This document shows, piece by piece, positions 44,845-53,212 of a stretch of 64,000 nt of DNA. Where the stretch lies: assembly GCA_001443495.1 (NCBI GenBank), contig LDXR01000002.1, positions 324,956 through 388,955 of the forward strand. Reading direction: 5' to 3'. Source of the DNA: a candidate division NC10 bacterium CSP1-5. Its GTDB lineage: Bacteria; Methylomirabilota; Methylomirabilia; Methylomirabilales; CSP1-5. Each line of letters begins with the position of its first letter. The first letter of the stretch is position 1. A model generated the notes under the pieces. That model had not been told where the DNA came from. It ran no database searches and worked only from the letters and a program-made list of their open reading frames with translations. The translations under genes were made by a program, and so were the position numbers.

Positions 44845-44950
44845 GGAGGGAGTCCGGATAGGTGAGGCAAACAATCAGGTGGACCTCGCCAAGGCCGCGT
44901 GGAACGCCCTCGTCGAGGCGATCCTGGAGAATAAACTGACCAAACTTTGA
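44777..44950 (+). CDS. small Cys-rich hypothetical protein (CPACDACP motif)
   Basis: 57 aa from GTG 44777, with AAGGAGG about 7 nt upstream. Overlaps the MerR tail by 68 nt in another frame and is followed by a terminator. No family recognised. Confidence 0.4.
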   Translation: MEAKQIVSLCPACDACPVVEVYEEGVRIGEANNQVDLAKAAWNALVEAILENKLTKL

Positions 44951-44980
44951 CGGCCAGGATTGGGGCGAGACAAATCACTT

Positions 44981-45024
44981 AAACGCCCTCCCCGTCTAAT
45001 GTGGGCTGGGAGGGCGTTTTGCTT
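44981..45024. terminator. bidirectional stem-loop terminator between convergent genes
   Basis: 12-bp stem AAACGCCCTCCC (44981-44992) / GGGAGGGCGTTT (45008-45019) followed by T-rich sequence. It sits between the 44950 stop (+) and the 45046 stop (-). Confidence 0.65.
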
Positions 45025-45045
45025 CATCGATCCCACGAAAGGGGG

Positions 45046-45837
45046 TTAGCGGGCGGCGAGACGGACCAGGCGAGCCTCCTTGTCGAAGAGACTCGTCGCC
45101 GCGGCGATGGTGACGGCGGAGAAGGCCACGAGCACGCCGAGATTCGAGGCCAGGGGGAAGTCCGGGCCGAGGGTCATCGCCTCGACGGGGAGGAGGGCGT
45201 GCTTGAACAGATCAATCCCGTAGGCGAGGGGATTGACATAAATTACCCACTGGAGCGTGGCCGGGAGGAGCTTCACCGGATAGAGGCCGCCGCTCAGGAA
45301 GAACATGGGGAAGACGACGAAGTTCATCACCCCCGCGAAGTTTTCCAGGGAGTCAATGCGGGAGGCGAGGAGCATCCCCACCCCCGTAATGGCCACTGCC
45401 GTCAGCAGCACATAGACGGTGAGCAGGAGGATCTGCCCGAGCCCCAAGGGAAGGCCGATCAGCGGCGCCAGGCAGAGGAGGATGGCTGCCTGGAAGAGGG
45501 AGAGCAGCGAGCCGCTCGCGACCTTGGCGCTCACGATCGTGAGCCGCGAGATGGGCGCCACGAGGATGAGGCGCATCACGCCGAACTCCCGGTCATAGAC
45601 GGTCGACAACGCGGAATGAATGGAGCTGAAGAGCACGACCATCCCGAGGACGCCGGGGAAGAGGAACTGCAGGTACGAGACCCCGGCGGGTGTCTCGACG
45701 ATCCGGGTGATACCGGTCCCCAGGATGAAGAGCCACAGCAGGGGCCGGGCGAGCGCGCTGAGGAGGCGTCCGCGCTGCCGGAAAAATCGCTTGAATTCCC
45801 GGACGACAATGCTCTGAATGGGGCGGAGCGGGATCAT
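45046..45837 (-). CDS. ABC-2 type transporter permease
   Basis: 263 aa with six hydrophobic segments and the N-terminal REFKRFFRQR pattern typical of ABC-2 permeases. Confidence 0.85.
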   Translation of the reverse strand: MIPLRPIQSIVVREFKRFFRQRGRLLSALARPLLWLFILGTGITRIVETPAGVSYLQFLFPGVLGMVVLFSSIHSALSTVYDREFGVMRLILVAPISRLTIVSAKVASGSLLSLFQAAILLCLAPLIGLPLGLGQILLLTVYVLLTAVAITGVGMLLASRIDSLENFAGVMNFVVFPMFFLSGGLYPVKLLPATLQWVIYVNPLAYGIDLFKHALLPVEAMTLGPDFPLASNLGVLVAFSAVTIAAATSLFDKEARLVRLAAR

Positions 45838-46751
45838 GGCTTAAATTCCCGTCCCGTGAGATGGAGGAAGACTTCGTTCAGGGATGGGCGCTGGATGTTG
45901 ATGCCCGCGATCTGGTCCCCGAAGCTCCGGATCAGCATCGGCAAGAACGCCTCTCCGTCCGTGACCTCCAGGAGGAGACCTCGGTCGGTCACCTGGGGCG
46001 AGAGTTGGAATTCCTCGCGAATCGCCCGGGCCAGCTCGTTCAGCCGGTCGCTTCGGATCTGGACCACGTCCCCTTTAAATACCTGTTTGAGTTCCTCGGG
46101 GGTATCGAGGGCAATGAGGCGGCCGTGGTCAATGATCCCCACCCGGTCACAGGTCTCTGCCTCCTCCAGATAGTGCGTGGTCACGAAGAGGGTCGTCTCC
46201 TCCTGCCGGCGCAGCGTGTCGAGGAATTGCCAGATCTGTCGACGGGCCTGCGGGTCGAGGCCGACCGTCGGTTCATCGAGGAAGAGGATCCGCGGCCGAT
46301 GAAGCACCCCGCGGGCGATGTCGAGTCGCCGACGCAGACCGCCGGACAGATGCTTTGTCATGTGATCCTTCCGATCGGTCAGCTCGAAAAGCCGGAGAAT
46401 CTCGGCAATCCGCTCGGTGGCGACGCGGGACGTCAGGTTTTGCAGGCAGCAGGCGAACCAGAGGTTTTCGTACGCCGTCAGGTCTTTGTCGAGGGTGCTC
46501 TCCTGAAAGACGAGCCCGATGGCCCGCCGGACCGCCCAGGCCTCCTTCACGCAATCATGACCCGCGACGCGGGCGGAGCCGGCGGTCGGCCGAAGCAACG
46601 TGCACAGCATGTGAATCGTGGTGGTCTTCCCGGCGCCGTTGGGGCCCAAGAAGGCGAACAGCTCTCCCGGACGGACCTCGATGGTGAGCCCGTCCACCGC
46701 AGTGAGATCGCCAAAGCGTTTGACCAGATTTTCTGTCACGATGGCGGGCAC
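45834..46751 (-). CDS. ABC transporter ATP-binding protein
   Basis: Walker A GPNGAGKTT, signature LSGGLRRR, Walker B ILFLDEPT. Start is GTG 46751 (GAGGA 5 nt upstream); alternatives are 46763 and 46739. The ORF-track 47357 start runs through the ALDH gene and is spurious. Confidence 0.88.
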   Translation of the reverse strand: MPAIVTENLVKRFGDLTAVDGLTIEVRPGELFAFLGPNGAGKTTTIHMLCTLLRPTAGSARVAGHDCVKEAWAVRRAIGLVFQESTLDKDLTAYENLWFACCLQNLTSRVATERIAEILRLFELTDRKDHMTKHLSGGLRRRLDIARGVLHRPRILFLDEPTVGLDPQARRQIWQFLDTLRRQEETTLFVTTHYLEEAETCDRVGIIDHGRLIALDTPEELKQVFKGDVVQIRSDRLNELARAIREEFQLSPQVTDRGLLLEVTDGEAFLPMLIRSFGDQIAGINIQRPSLNEVFLHLTGREFKP

Positions 46752-46759
46752 GCTTTTCC

Positions 46760-48229
46760 TCACACCCCCCACGAGACCAGTTTCGTTTCCAGAAAACTCT
46801 CGAGACCCATCTGACCCCCCTCCTTGCCGATCCCGCTCGCCTTCCATCCGCCAAAGGGGGCCTGGGGGGTTCCCGGGAACGGGTCGTTGATCCCTACCAC
46901 CCCGAACCGGAGCTGCTCCGCCATGCGAAAGACCCGGCTGACGTTCCGCGTGTAGCAATAAGCGGCCAGCCCGTACGGCGTGGCGTTCGCCGCCGCGATC
47001 ACGTCGGCTTCCCCGGAAAAGGAGAGGAGTGGAGCGACCGGACCAAAGGTCTCCTCTTGCATGATGACCATCTGGTCTGTCACTCCGGTAAGTACGGTTG
47101 GCTCGAAATAAAATCCTCCGGCGAAGGCTCCGCCCGTGAGGCGGCGCCCTCCGCAGAGGACTGTGGCTCCCTTGCCGCGGGCGTCTTCCACGTGGTGCGC
47201 GACCTTTTCGTAGCCCTCCTTGTTGATTAACGGTCCAACCCTGACCGTCTCGTCCTGGGGATCCCCGACATGCAGCGCGCGGGCCAGCTCGGTGAATCGC
47301 GCCGCAAAGGGCTCGAAGATTCGCTCGTGGATGTAGATCCGGTTCGCGCAGATGCACGTCTGTCCGGCGTTTCGGAATTTGGATGCCACGGCGGCCTGGA
47401 CGGAAGCCTCGGGGTCCGCGTCGTCAAAGACGATAAAAGGGGCGTGTCCCCCGAGCTCCAGGGTAAGTCGCTTGACCCGGTCGGCGGCATGACGCATCAA
47501 ATATCGTCCGACTTCGGTCGAGCCGGTAAAGTTGATTTTCCCGACGGCGGGATGCTCCAAGAAGGCCTGTCCGATCGCCGGGGCATCTCCCGTCACGAGG
47601 TTCAGCACTCCCGGCGGCAGCCCGCTCTCCTGGAGGGCCTCGCAGACTGCTATGGCGCTGAGGGGTGTGCGCTCATCCGGTTTGACGACGACGGTGCACC
47701 CGGCGGCCAAGGCGGGGGCGACCGGTCGCGTGATGGCCGCCGCGGGAAAGTTCCAGATGGTGATGGCGGCAGCGACGCCGATGGGGTGCCGCAGCGTCAG
47801 GAGGCGTTTGGAGGGGGAGGAGGCGGGGATCGTTCGTCCCCCGATCCGTTTGCACTCTTCGGCGGCGAACTGCAGAAAACCAGCAGTGTATGCGATCTCG
47901 CCCCGCGCCTCGGTGATCGGCTTGCCGGCCTCGGCCGTCAGAAGGCGAGCCAGGCGTTCGCGATCGGCGAGGAGCCGGTCAGCCGCGCGCTGCAGAAGAC
48001 CTGCGCGCTCTGCTGCCGGGCGTTCCGCCCAACCCGGAAAGGCTTTCTGGGCTGACTCAATGGCTCTTCCCGCCTCTGCGGCTCCAGCATAGGGGACTTC
48101 GGCCAGCCGCTCGCCGGTGGCCGGATTGATCACCGGGAACGTGCGACCGCCCTCCGCCGGGAGCCACTCGCCACCGATCAACATCCGCTGGTGACGGCCC
48201 ACCCATTTTGCGTATGGCACGTCAGTCAT
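46760..48229 (-). CDS. NAD(P)-dependent aldehyde dehydrogenase (succinate-semialdehyde dehydrogenase-like)
   Basis: 489 aa with ALDH motifs FTGSTEVG, ELGGHAP and the catalytic NAGQTCICANR. Confidence 0.9.
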   Translation of the reverse strand: MTDVPYAKWVGRHQRMLIGGEWLPAEGGRTFPVINPATGERLAEVPYAGAAEAGRAIESAQKAFPGWAERPAAERAGLLQRAADRLLADRERLARLLTAEAGKPITEARGEIAYTAGFLQFAAEECKRIGGRTIPASSPSKRLLTLRHPIGVAAAITIWNFPAAAITRPVAPALAAGCTVVVKPDERTPLSAIAVCEALQESGLPPGVLNLVTGDAPAIGQAFLEHPAVGKINFTGSTEVGRYLMRHAADRVKRLTLELGGHAPFIVFDDADPEASVQAAVASKFRNAGQTCICANRIYIHERIFEPFAARFTELARALHVGDPQDETVRVGPLINKEGYEKVAHHVEDARGKGATVLCGGRRLTGGAFAGGFYFEPTVLTGVTDQMVIMQEETFGPVAPLLSFSGEADVIAAANATPYGLAAYCYTRNVSRVFRMAEQLRFGVVGINDPFPGTPQAPFGGWKASGIGKEGGQMGLESFLETKLVSWGV

Positions 48230-48621
48230 TGCGATTCCAAAACGGACTTCAAGATTTGCAGTTCTTTCCGAACGTTTTCAACGAGGGTTTCGAACAAGCC
48301 AGGCGCAGCACCAGGGGGCTCGAACTGCGTAAAGATATACAGGACCCCGTCCCCGGTTCGGAAGAGTCGGCTTGGGGAGCACCGATACTGCCCATCCCGG
48401 CCGAAATGGAAGTCGATCACTCCCGTGTCGTGATCTGCCCGGATAAATAGATCCAGTTCACCGCGGGGGGTCCGCACCCGAAAGGTGTCCCCGCGCGGCT
48501 CAGGTGGGGCGAGCGCGAAATCGACCGTCCAGAGGTGCAGACTGGTGGGGTCCGTAAGAAAGGCCCAGGCCCGATCGAAGGGAACTTTCATGGCGATGGA
48601 TAGAGTTTCTGACCGCTCCAC
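48226..48621 (-). CDS. SRPBCC-like hypothetical protein
   Basis: 131 aa. The pattern (FDRAWAFLTDPTSLHLW) resembles the START/polyketide-cyclase-like fold. The stop overlaps the ALDH start. Confidence 0.5.
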   Translation of the reverse strand: MERSETLSIAMKVPFDRAWAFLTDPTSLHLWTVDFALAPPEPRGDTFRVRTPRGELDLFIRADHDTGVIDFHFGRDGQYRCSPSRLFRTGDGVLYIFTQFEPPGAAPGLFETLVENVRKELQILKSVLESQ

Positions 48622-48784
48622 AGTTCTGTCCCCTTGCCGGGGATCGCCCAGGCAGTTTGCGGCCTTCGCGCCCGCACCGCCTGCAGGTCAATGCGGGGCA
48701 GTGAGGCCTGACGACGACTATAGCGGACCGATGCCCCCAAGGCAAGCTGTCCAGCGGCCGGCTGGCAGCCGTCCGCACACAGTG

Positions 48785-48915
48785 CTGAGGACTGAGGGCT
48801 GAGGGCCGAGCCGGAGAACAGGACTGAGGACTGAGTGCCGAGGTTTGAGCCTCAGTCCTCATGGCTGCCCTTGGCTCAGTCCTGAGATGGCTGACTGCTT
48901 ATTGCTGACTGCTAC
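48785..48915. repeat. short-repeat cluster (heptamers, hairpin, 10-mer direct repeat)
   Basis: CTGAGGA/CTGAGGG/CTGAGGG in tandem at 48785-48805. Hairpin GAGGACTGAG (48826-48835) / CTCAGTCCTC (48851-48860). GCTGACTGCT at 48890-48899 and 48904-48913, the second copy overlapping the folE stop. Confidence 0.7.
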
Positions 48916-49529
48916 GGGGTGGGCCGGTCGGAGATCAACTGGATCAGTTGATTTCGAGTGGTGGGGTCGCTTCGGAAGACGCCCAACATGGTGCTGGTGA
49001 CGGCTTGGGCATTAGCCTTCTCCACCCCACGCATCATCATGCAGAGATGGGCAGCCTCGATCACCACCGCCACCCCGCGCGGTCTGGCCATCTCCCACAG
49101 GCTTCTGGCAACTTGGGCGGTCAGCCGCTCTTGAACGTGCAGCCGGCGGCAGAGGCTATCGATCAAGCGGGCCACCTTCCTAGGACGCAAGACCTGCCGG
49201 TTGGGGATGTACGCGACGTGACACCGCCCGAAGAAGGGGAGGATGTGATGTTCACAGAGGCTTGCAATCGGGATGTTGCGGACGAAGATCATCTCGTTCC
49301 GCCGCCCACTCTCGAGCTTCGCAGGAAGGGTTACCTTGACGCCCCGCAGGCCTCCACTCGTCAGATGCTGCAGAGCCCGGACAAACCGAGTCGGAGTCTG
49401 TCGAAGGCCTGCACGGTCTGGATTTTCCCCCAGGGCCCCGATGATCTTTCGGACCAGTGCCTCCATACTATTCCCGCGGGCACGGATACGCGACGATCGG
49501 GCGGATTTGCGTCTGGCGTTCATATCCAC
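48912..49529 (-). CDS. folE: GTP cyclohydrolase I (FolE type)
   Basis: Motifs SLCEHHILPFFG.CHVAYIP, VQERLT and EAAHLCMMMRGV. The start may be 49466 (MEALV...) rather than 49529. Confidence 0.9.
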   Translation of the reverse strand: MDMNARRKSARSSRIRARGNSMEALVRKIIGALGENPDRAGLRQTPTRFVRALQHLTSGGLRGVKVTLPAKLESGRRNEMIFVRNIPIASLCEHHILPFFGRCHVAYIPNRQVLRPRKVARLIDSLCRRLHVQERLTAQVARSLWEMARPRGVAVVIEAAHLCMMMRGVEKANAQAVTSTMLGVFRSDPTTRNQLIQLISDRPTP

Positions 49530-49560
49530 GGTCCACCGATGGGGATCGCACTCGTTGGCA

Positions 49561-50319
49561 TCACGGCCTCACGCCTGGACGAGGCTTCCTCCTCCCCAAG
49601 GGTTCGACGTCCTTCCCGGACATCTTGAGGATTCGCAAGAAGGCGGTCGGATCACTCAGGTCTGATAGAAGATGATCAGGATTCGCAGCCGCCAACGTCT
49701 CATAGGAATCACCCCCGCTCGCCACTGCCACGGTACTGATCTTCAACCGCTTCCCCGCGGCGATGTCGAGGACCGTATCGCCCACAAGGATGACTCTGAT
49801 CGGATGGCGCCGGCGCGGCAGGAGGGCCCTTCCGCGATCGATCGCCAGCCGCACGAGGGTTTCCCGATCTGCCGCATCCGACCCGAAGGCACCGAACCGG
49901 AAGTACGCAACGAGGCCGGCACGCCGGAGTTTCAATCGTGCGGCCCCTTCGAGGTTGCCCGTGGCCAGGCCCAGGGCGATCTTCGGGTCGGCGGTCAGCG
50001 TGTCGAGGAGGTCCGGGACGCCGGGCAAGACCTGGAAACCGGGCGACGCGGTCAGCTCCTCCTCCAGGTGGGCAAGGTAGCGACTATACAGCAGCCGGCG
50101 TTCAGTGCCGCGAAGAGATGTGCCGAGGCGCGCGCGGACAATCCCCTCGATGATCTCTGGATCGGTCCGGCCATGGACCCGCAGGCCATCAACGGCCGCA
50201 TCGACCCCCCAGAGCTCTCGGAAGGCGCGTAGCAGCGCCCGCCGGTCGGCCCCACCCGTCGTTACCAGGGTCCCATCCAGATCAAAAAGGACGAGCACTT
50301 CGAGGGTCACTCTGGACAT
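49561..50319 (-). CDS. HAD family hydrolase
   Basis: True start is ATG 50319 (MSRVTLEVLVLFDLDGTLV, the DxDGT motif), with VGDT..D later. The ORF-track 50514 start is an extension. Confidence 0.8.
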   Translation of the reverse strand: MSRVTLEVLVLFDLDGTLVTTGGADRRALLRAFRELWGVDAAVDGLRVHGRTDPEIIEGIVRARLGTSLRGTERRLLYSRYLAHLEEELTASPGFQVLPGVPDLLDTLTADPKIALGLATGNLEGAARLKLRRAGLVAYFRFGAFGSDAADRETLVRLAIDRGRALLPRRRHPIRVILVGDTVLDIAAGKRLKISTVAVASGGDSYETLAAANPDHLLSDLSDPTAFLRILKMSGKDVEPLGRRKPRPGVRP

Positions 50320-50396
50320 GAGGCGCACAGGCGATTCCCCCGCGGCGAATGCATGTATAGCTGGTATCGCCTCACCGCGAGGATGATGTATGGGGA

Positions 50397-50427
50397 GCCC
50401 ACGCACCGCGGCGGCGGGTGCGTGGGC
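50397..50427 (-). terminator. possible terminator hairpin after phoX (no clear U-tract)
   Basis: 11-bp stem GCCCACGCACC (50397-50407) / GGTGCGTGGGC (50417-50427), starting 12 nt downstream of the phoX stop. Confidence 0.4.
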
Positions 50428-50438
50428 CCCGGAAGCTT

Positions 50439-52382
50439 TTAGGTGCCGATGAGCCCTCCATCCTTCTTGCGGATGACGATGGTGGCCGAGCGCGGACGGC
50501 CACCATCGGGCCAAGAGCTGACACCCGTGGGATTGGCCGGGTCATTGCGGGCCGGATGCGGCTGGACCCCCTCGCCAGGGTGCTGGATGTTCACGAACAG
50601 GTGCCTCCCGTCGGACGTGACAAACGCCGCGGTGATCTCGCACCCGTTCGGTCCGGTCAGGAAGCGGCGGACCTCGCCGGTACTTGGATCAGCGGCCAGC
50701 ATCTGATTGTTCCCGATGTTGACCCAGTCTTTCGTCCCCATGCTTGCTGCCGAGGAGTCGGTCTGGATCCACAGGACCCCACGCGGATCGATGACCAGGC
50801 CGTCGGGACATGCGAACGCCACGCCCCCCTTGACGTTGCCCCGCTTGTCGGGATCGCTATGCTGCGGGTCGCCGGCGAGCAGGAAGACGTCCCACTCGAA
50901 GCGGGTGGAGGTGGGGTCGTTGTTGGCCTCGCGCCAGCGGATCACGTGGCCGAATATGTTACTGGCCCTGGGGTTCGCCGCATCGGGGCCCCGCTTTCCC
51001 GGCTTGCCGCGGTCGCTGTTGTTGCTGAGGGCGGCATAGACCTCCTGCGTCGCGGGATGGACGGCGAACCACTCCGGGCGGTCGCACGGGGTAGCCTTGA
51101 CCGTGTCGCCCGCGCCACGGCTGTTGATCAGGACCTCGGCCTGCGAATTGAACCCGTTGGCCGGGGTCAGGCCGTTCTTCCCGTACGTGAGCTCGATCCA
51201 CTCCCCGGTGCCGTTGTCATTGAACTTGGCCGCGTAGAGTTTTCCCACGTCGAGGACGTGCCTGTTGGCATCGAAGTCCCCACCCGGGATGTAGGGGATG
51301 TCACTCACGTACTTGTAGATGTATTCGAACTTGGTCCGGAAATCGTCATCGCCCATGTAGTACACCACGCGCCGGTCGGGGGCAATGGCGAGCGCCGCCC
51401 CCTCGTGGGCCATGCGCCCCAAGGCGGTGCGCTTGATGGGCGCGCGGGTGGGCTCATAGGGATCGATCTCGACCACCCAGCCGTGGCGGTTCGGTTCATT
51501 TGGGTGCAGCGCGGCGTCGAAGCGGGGGTCGAACTCGTGCCAACGGAAGCCCCAGGTCTTCGCGTCGACGCCGTACCGATCCTGGAGGGGCGGGATCTTC
51601 TCGGACTTGTTGATGAAGTAGGGGGTGACGTTCTCCTCGCAAGTGAGGTAGGTCCCCCAGGGGGTCACGCCATGGGCGCAGTTGTTCCAGGTCCCCAGGG
51701 CCATCCGGCCGGTGGGGTCGAGGGCGGTCCGCACCAGGGGATGGCCGGCCGCCGGACCCGAGAGGAACATGGGGGTATCGGCGGTGATGCGCCTCGCGTA
51801 CCGAGAGGGACGCACCACGGACCACTTCTCCCCTTTCCGGCGGACCTCGATCACGCCGATCCCGTGCGCGTTCTTGGACTTCTGGACCTTTTCGGCCGAC
51901 CAGGTTTTCATTCCGTCCGCATGGAGGAGCCCGTCATCGGTGTACTCGAAGTTGATGGCCAGCAGCCCTCGGTCGGTCAAGGGTGCCCCTTTGGGCAGGG
52001 GGAACAGGTGCATCCCGTCGTGGGCCATCCCGGCCTGCACGGCCTGATCTGCGGCCGAGTTGCTGGCATCGGCCTTCAGCTCCGGCCCGTCGGAGATGGG
52101 ATCCCCCCAAGCGAAGAGCACGTCATAGGCATAGCCGGGCGGCAGGTGGACCGCGTCATCTTTGGAGACCGGAACGCTGGTGAAACCGAGCAGGGGACTC
52201 GCGGCAAGGACCTGGCTTACGAAACGACCCGGTCCGCCCAGGAAGGTGACGATGCCGGCGCCCAGGGCGCCTTTGAGGACCTGGCGGCGTGAAAGGTGCT
52301 TGACGGCCAGTGCTTCGAGCGGACTCACCTGTATACCTCTTGGCTCGTTGACATTCACGTATGTTTTCTGTCTCTTCACCAT
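50439..52382 (-). CDS. phoX: PhoX family alkaline phosphatase (DUF839), Tat-exported
   Basis: ATG 52382 with AAGGAGA 6 nt upstream. Twin-arginine motif SRRQVLKGALGAG. PhoX-like pattern (CAHGVTPWGTYLTCEEN, GDDDFRTKFEYIYKYVS, beta-propeller C-terminus). Confidence 0.85.
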   Translation of the reverse strand: MVKRQKTYVNVNEPRGIQVSPLEALAVKHLSRRQVLKGALGAGIVTFLGGPGRFVSQVLAASPLLGFTSVPVSKDDAVHLPPGYAYDVLFAWGDPISDGPELKADASNSAADQAVQAGMAHDGMHLFPLPKGAPLTDRGLLAINFEYTDDGLLHADGMKTWSAEKVQKSKNAHGIGVIEVRRKGEKWSVVRPSRYARRITADTPMFLSGPAAGHPLVRTALDPTGRMALGTWNNCAHGVTPWGTYLTCEENVTPYFINKSEKIPPLQDRYGVDAKTWGFRWHEFDPRFDAALHPNEPNRHGWVVEIDPYEPTRAPIKRTALGRMAHEGAALAIAPDRRVVYYMGDDDFRTKFEYIYKYVSDIPYIPGGDFDANRHVLDVGKLYAAKFNDNGTGEWIELTYGKNGLTPANGFNSQAEVLINSRGAGDTVKATPCDRPEWFAVHPATQEVYAALSNNSDRGKPGKRGPDAANPRASNIFGHVIRWREANNDPTSTRFEWDVFLLAGDPQHSDPDKRGNVKGGVAFACPDGLVIDPRGVLWIQTDSSAASMGTKDWVNIGNNQMLAADPSTGEVRRFLTGPNGCEITAAFVTSDGRHLFVNIQHPGEGVQPHPARNDPANPTGVSSWPDGGRPRSATIVIRKKDGGLIGT

Positions 52383-52493
52383 CTCGGTTCTCCTTGTAGG
52401 AATCAGAATCATTCCCGACACCCAACGTGTCGAACAGGAAGCCTCAGATCCCCCCTTTCCTAAAGTTTTTCGGCAAGCGGACCTGATGGGGCA

Positions 52494-53030
52494 TTAGCAG
52501 CACAGGCGGGCTAGAGTCGGAACCGGAAATCGACTCAAGATCCAGCCATCCAGGCCCCAGGTGCGTCCGGCCCTGGACGCGACGAAGACGATCATACACA
52601 TAATGAGGAGAAGGTGGAAGCCCTGCGGGCCAGGGCCCATCCAGAAGGTGGCCAGAAAGTAGATCACCATCATGACCAGGCCGATCAGCCCCGCCAGCAC
52701 TGACAGGAGGCCCAGGGTAAGCCCCACGCCGGCGCTGAATTCCCCCCAGGCGGTGAGACCGGCGAAGAGCTTGGGGTTGTGCAGGACCGTCCCCTCGAGG
52801 AATTCCTTGACCCACTCGATGGGATTGCCGCTGGCGAACTCGGCTATTCGCTTGGGCATGAAGCCGATCCACCGGTCGGTCGCCGTGGGGAGCGGCAGGA
52901 AGCCGCCCCAGAGGACAAAGGTGACCTTGCGGGTCCCCCCATGCAGGAACCAGAGGCCCACGGCGATCCGCAGCAGGGCCAGCCAGCGGTCAGGATGTCT
53001 CATGCCTGCGGCGCCGTTCTGGAAATGCAT
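52494..53030 (-). CDS. DoxX family membrane protein
   Basis: 178 aa with four hydrophobic segments and a LLRIAVGLWFLHGG DoxX-like N-terminus. Alternative start at 53003. Confidence 0.7.
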   Translation of the reverse strand: MHFQNGAAGMRHPDRWLALLRIAVGLWFLHGGTRKVTFVLWGGFLPLPTATDRWIGFMPKRIAEFASGNPIEWVKEFLEGTVLHNPKLFAGLTAWGEFSAGVGLTLGLLSVLAGLIGLVMMVIYFLATFWMGPGPQGFHLLLIMCMIVFVASRAGRTWGLDGWILSRFPVPTLARLCC

Positions 53031-53056
53031 CGCGATGACCTCCTCTGGTGACGCCT

Positions 53057-53103
53057 GTCAGCCGTCAGCTGTCGGCTTTGTACTGTTCGGGCTGACTGCT
53101 GAC
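53057..53103. repeat. 13-bp imperfect inverted repeat containing the recurring GCTGACTGCT 10-mer
   Basis: GTCAGCCGTCAGC (53057-53069) and GCTGACTGCTGAC (53091-53103) match at 12 of 13 positions with a 21-nt loop. It lies just upstream of the DoxX start. The 10-mer at 53091-53100 is identical to those at 48890 and 48904. Confidence 0.6.
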
Positions 53104-53152
53104 CGCAGCATTCTAGCCCGACTCCCCCTCCCGAGGCAAGGGATCGAGCCCG

Positions 53153-53191
53153 AGACAACAAAAGAAAAGGCAGGGCCGGAAGGCCCTGCCT
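53153..53191 (-). terminator. rho-independent terminator of the beta-barrel gene
   Basis: 10-bp stem AGGCAGGGCC / GGCCCTGCCT (53168-53191) with a GGAA loop. On the minus strand it is followed by TTTTCTTTTGTTG. Confidence 0.7.
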
Positions 53192-53212
53192 CTTGATGGA
53201 CTAGCCCCTCGC

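Noticed and set aside
45001-46173. 390-aa E/D/G/H/R-rich ORF on the plus strand.
   Set aside because: It is antisense to the ABC-2 permease and ATPase genes, which have clear transporter motifs, and its composition is artefactual.
48785-48915. Possible CRISPR array or coding repeat.
   Set aside because: The repeats are 7-10 nt long, irregularly spaced and have no spacer-repeat periodicity. No cas genes occur in the window.
52416-52432. Palindrome CGACAC-N5-GTGTCG upstream of phoX as a Pho box or terminator.
   Set aside because: It has only 6-bp arms and no U-tract, and it does not resemble the direct-repeat Pho box. The evidence is insufficient.
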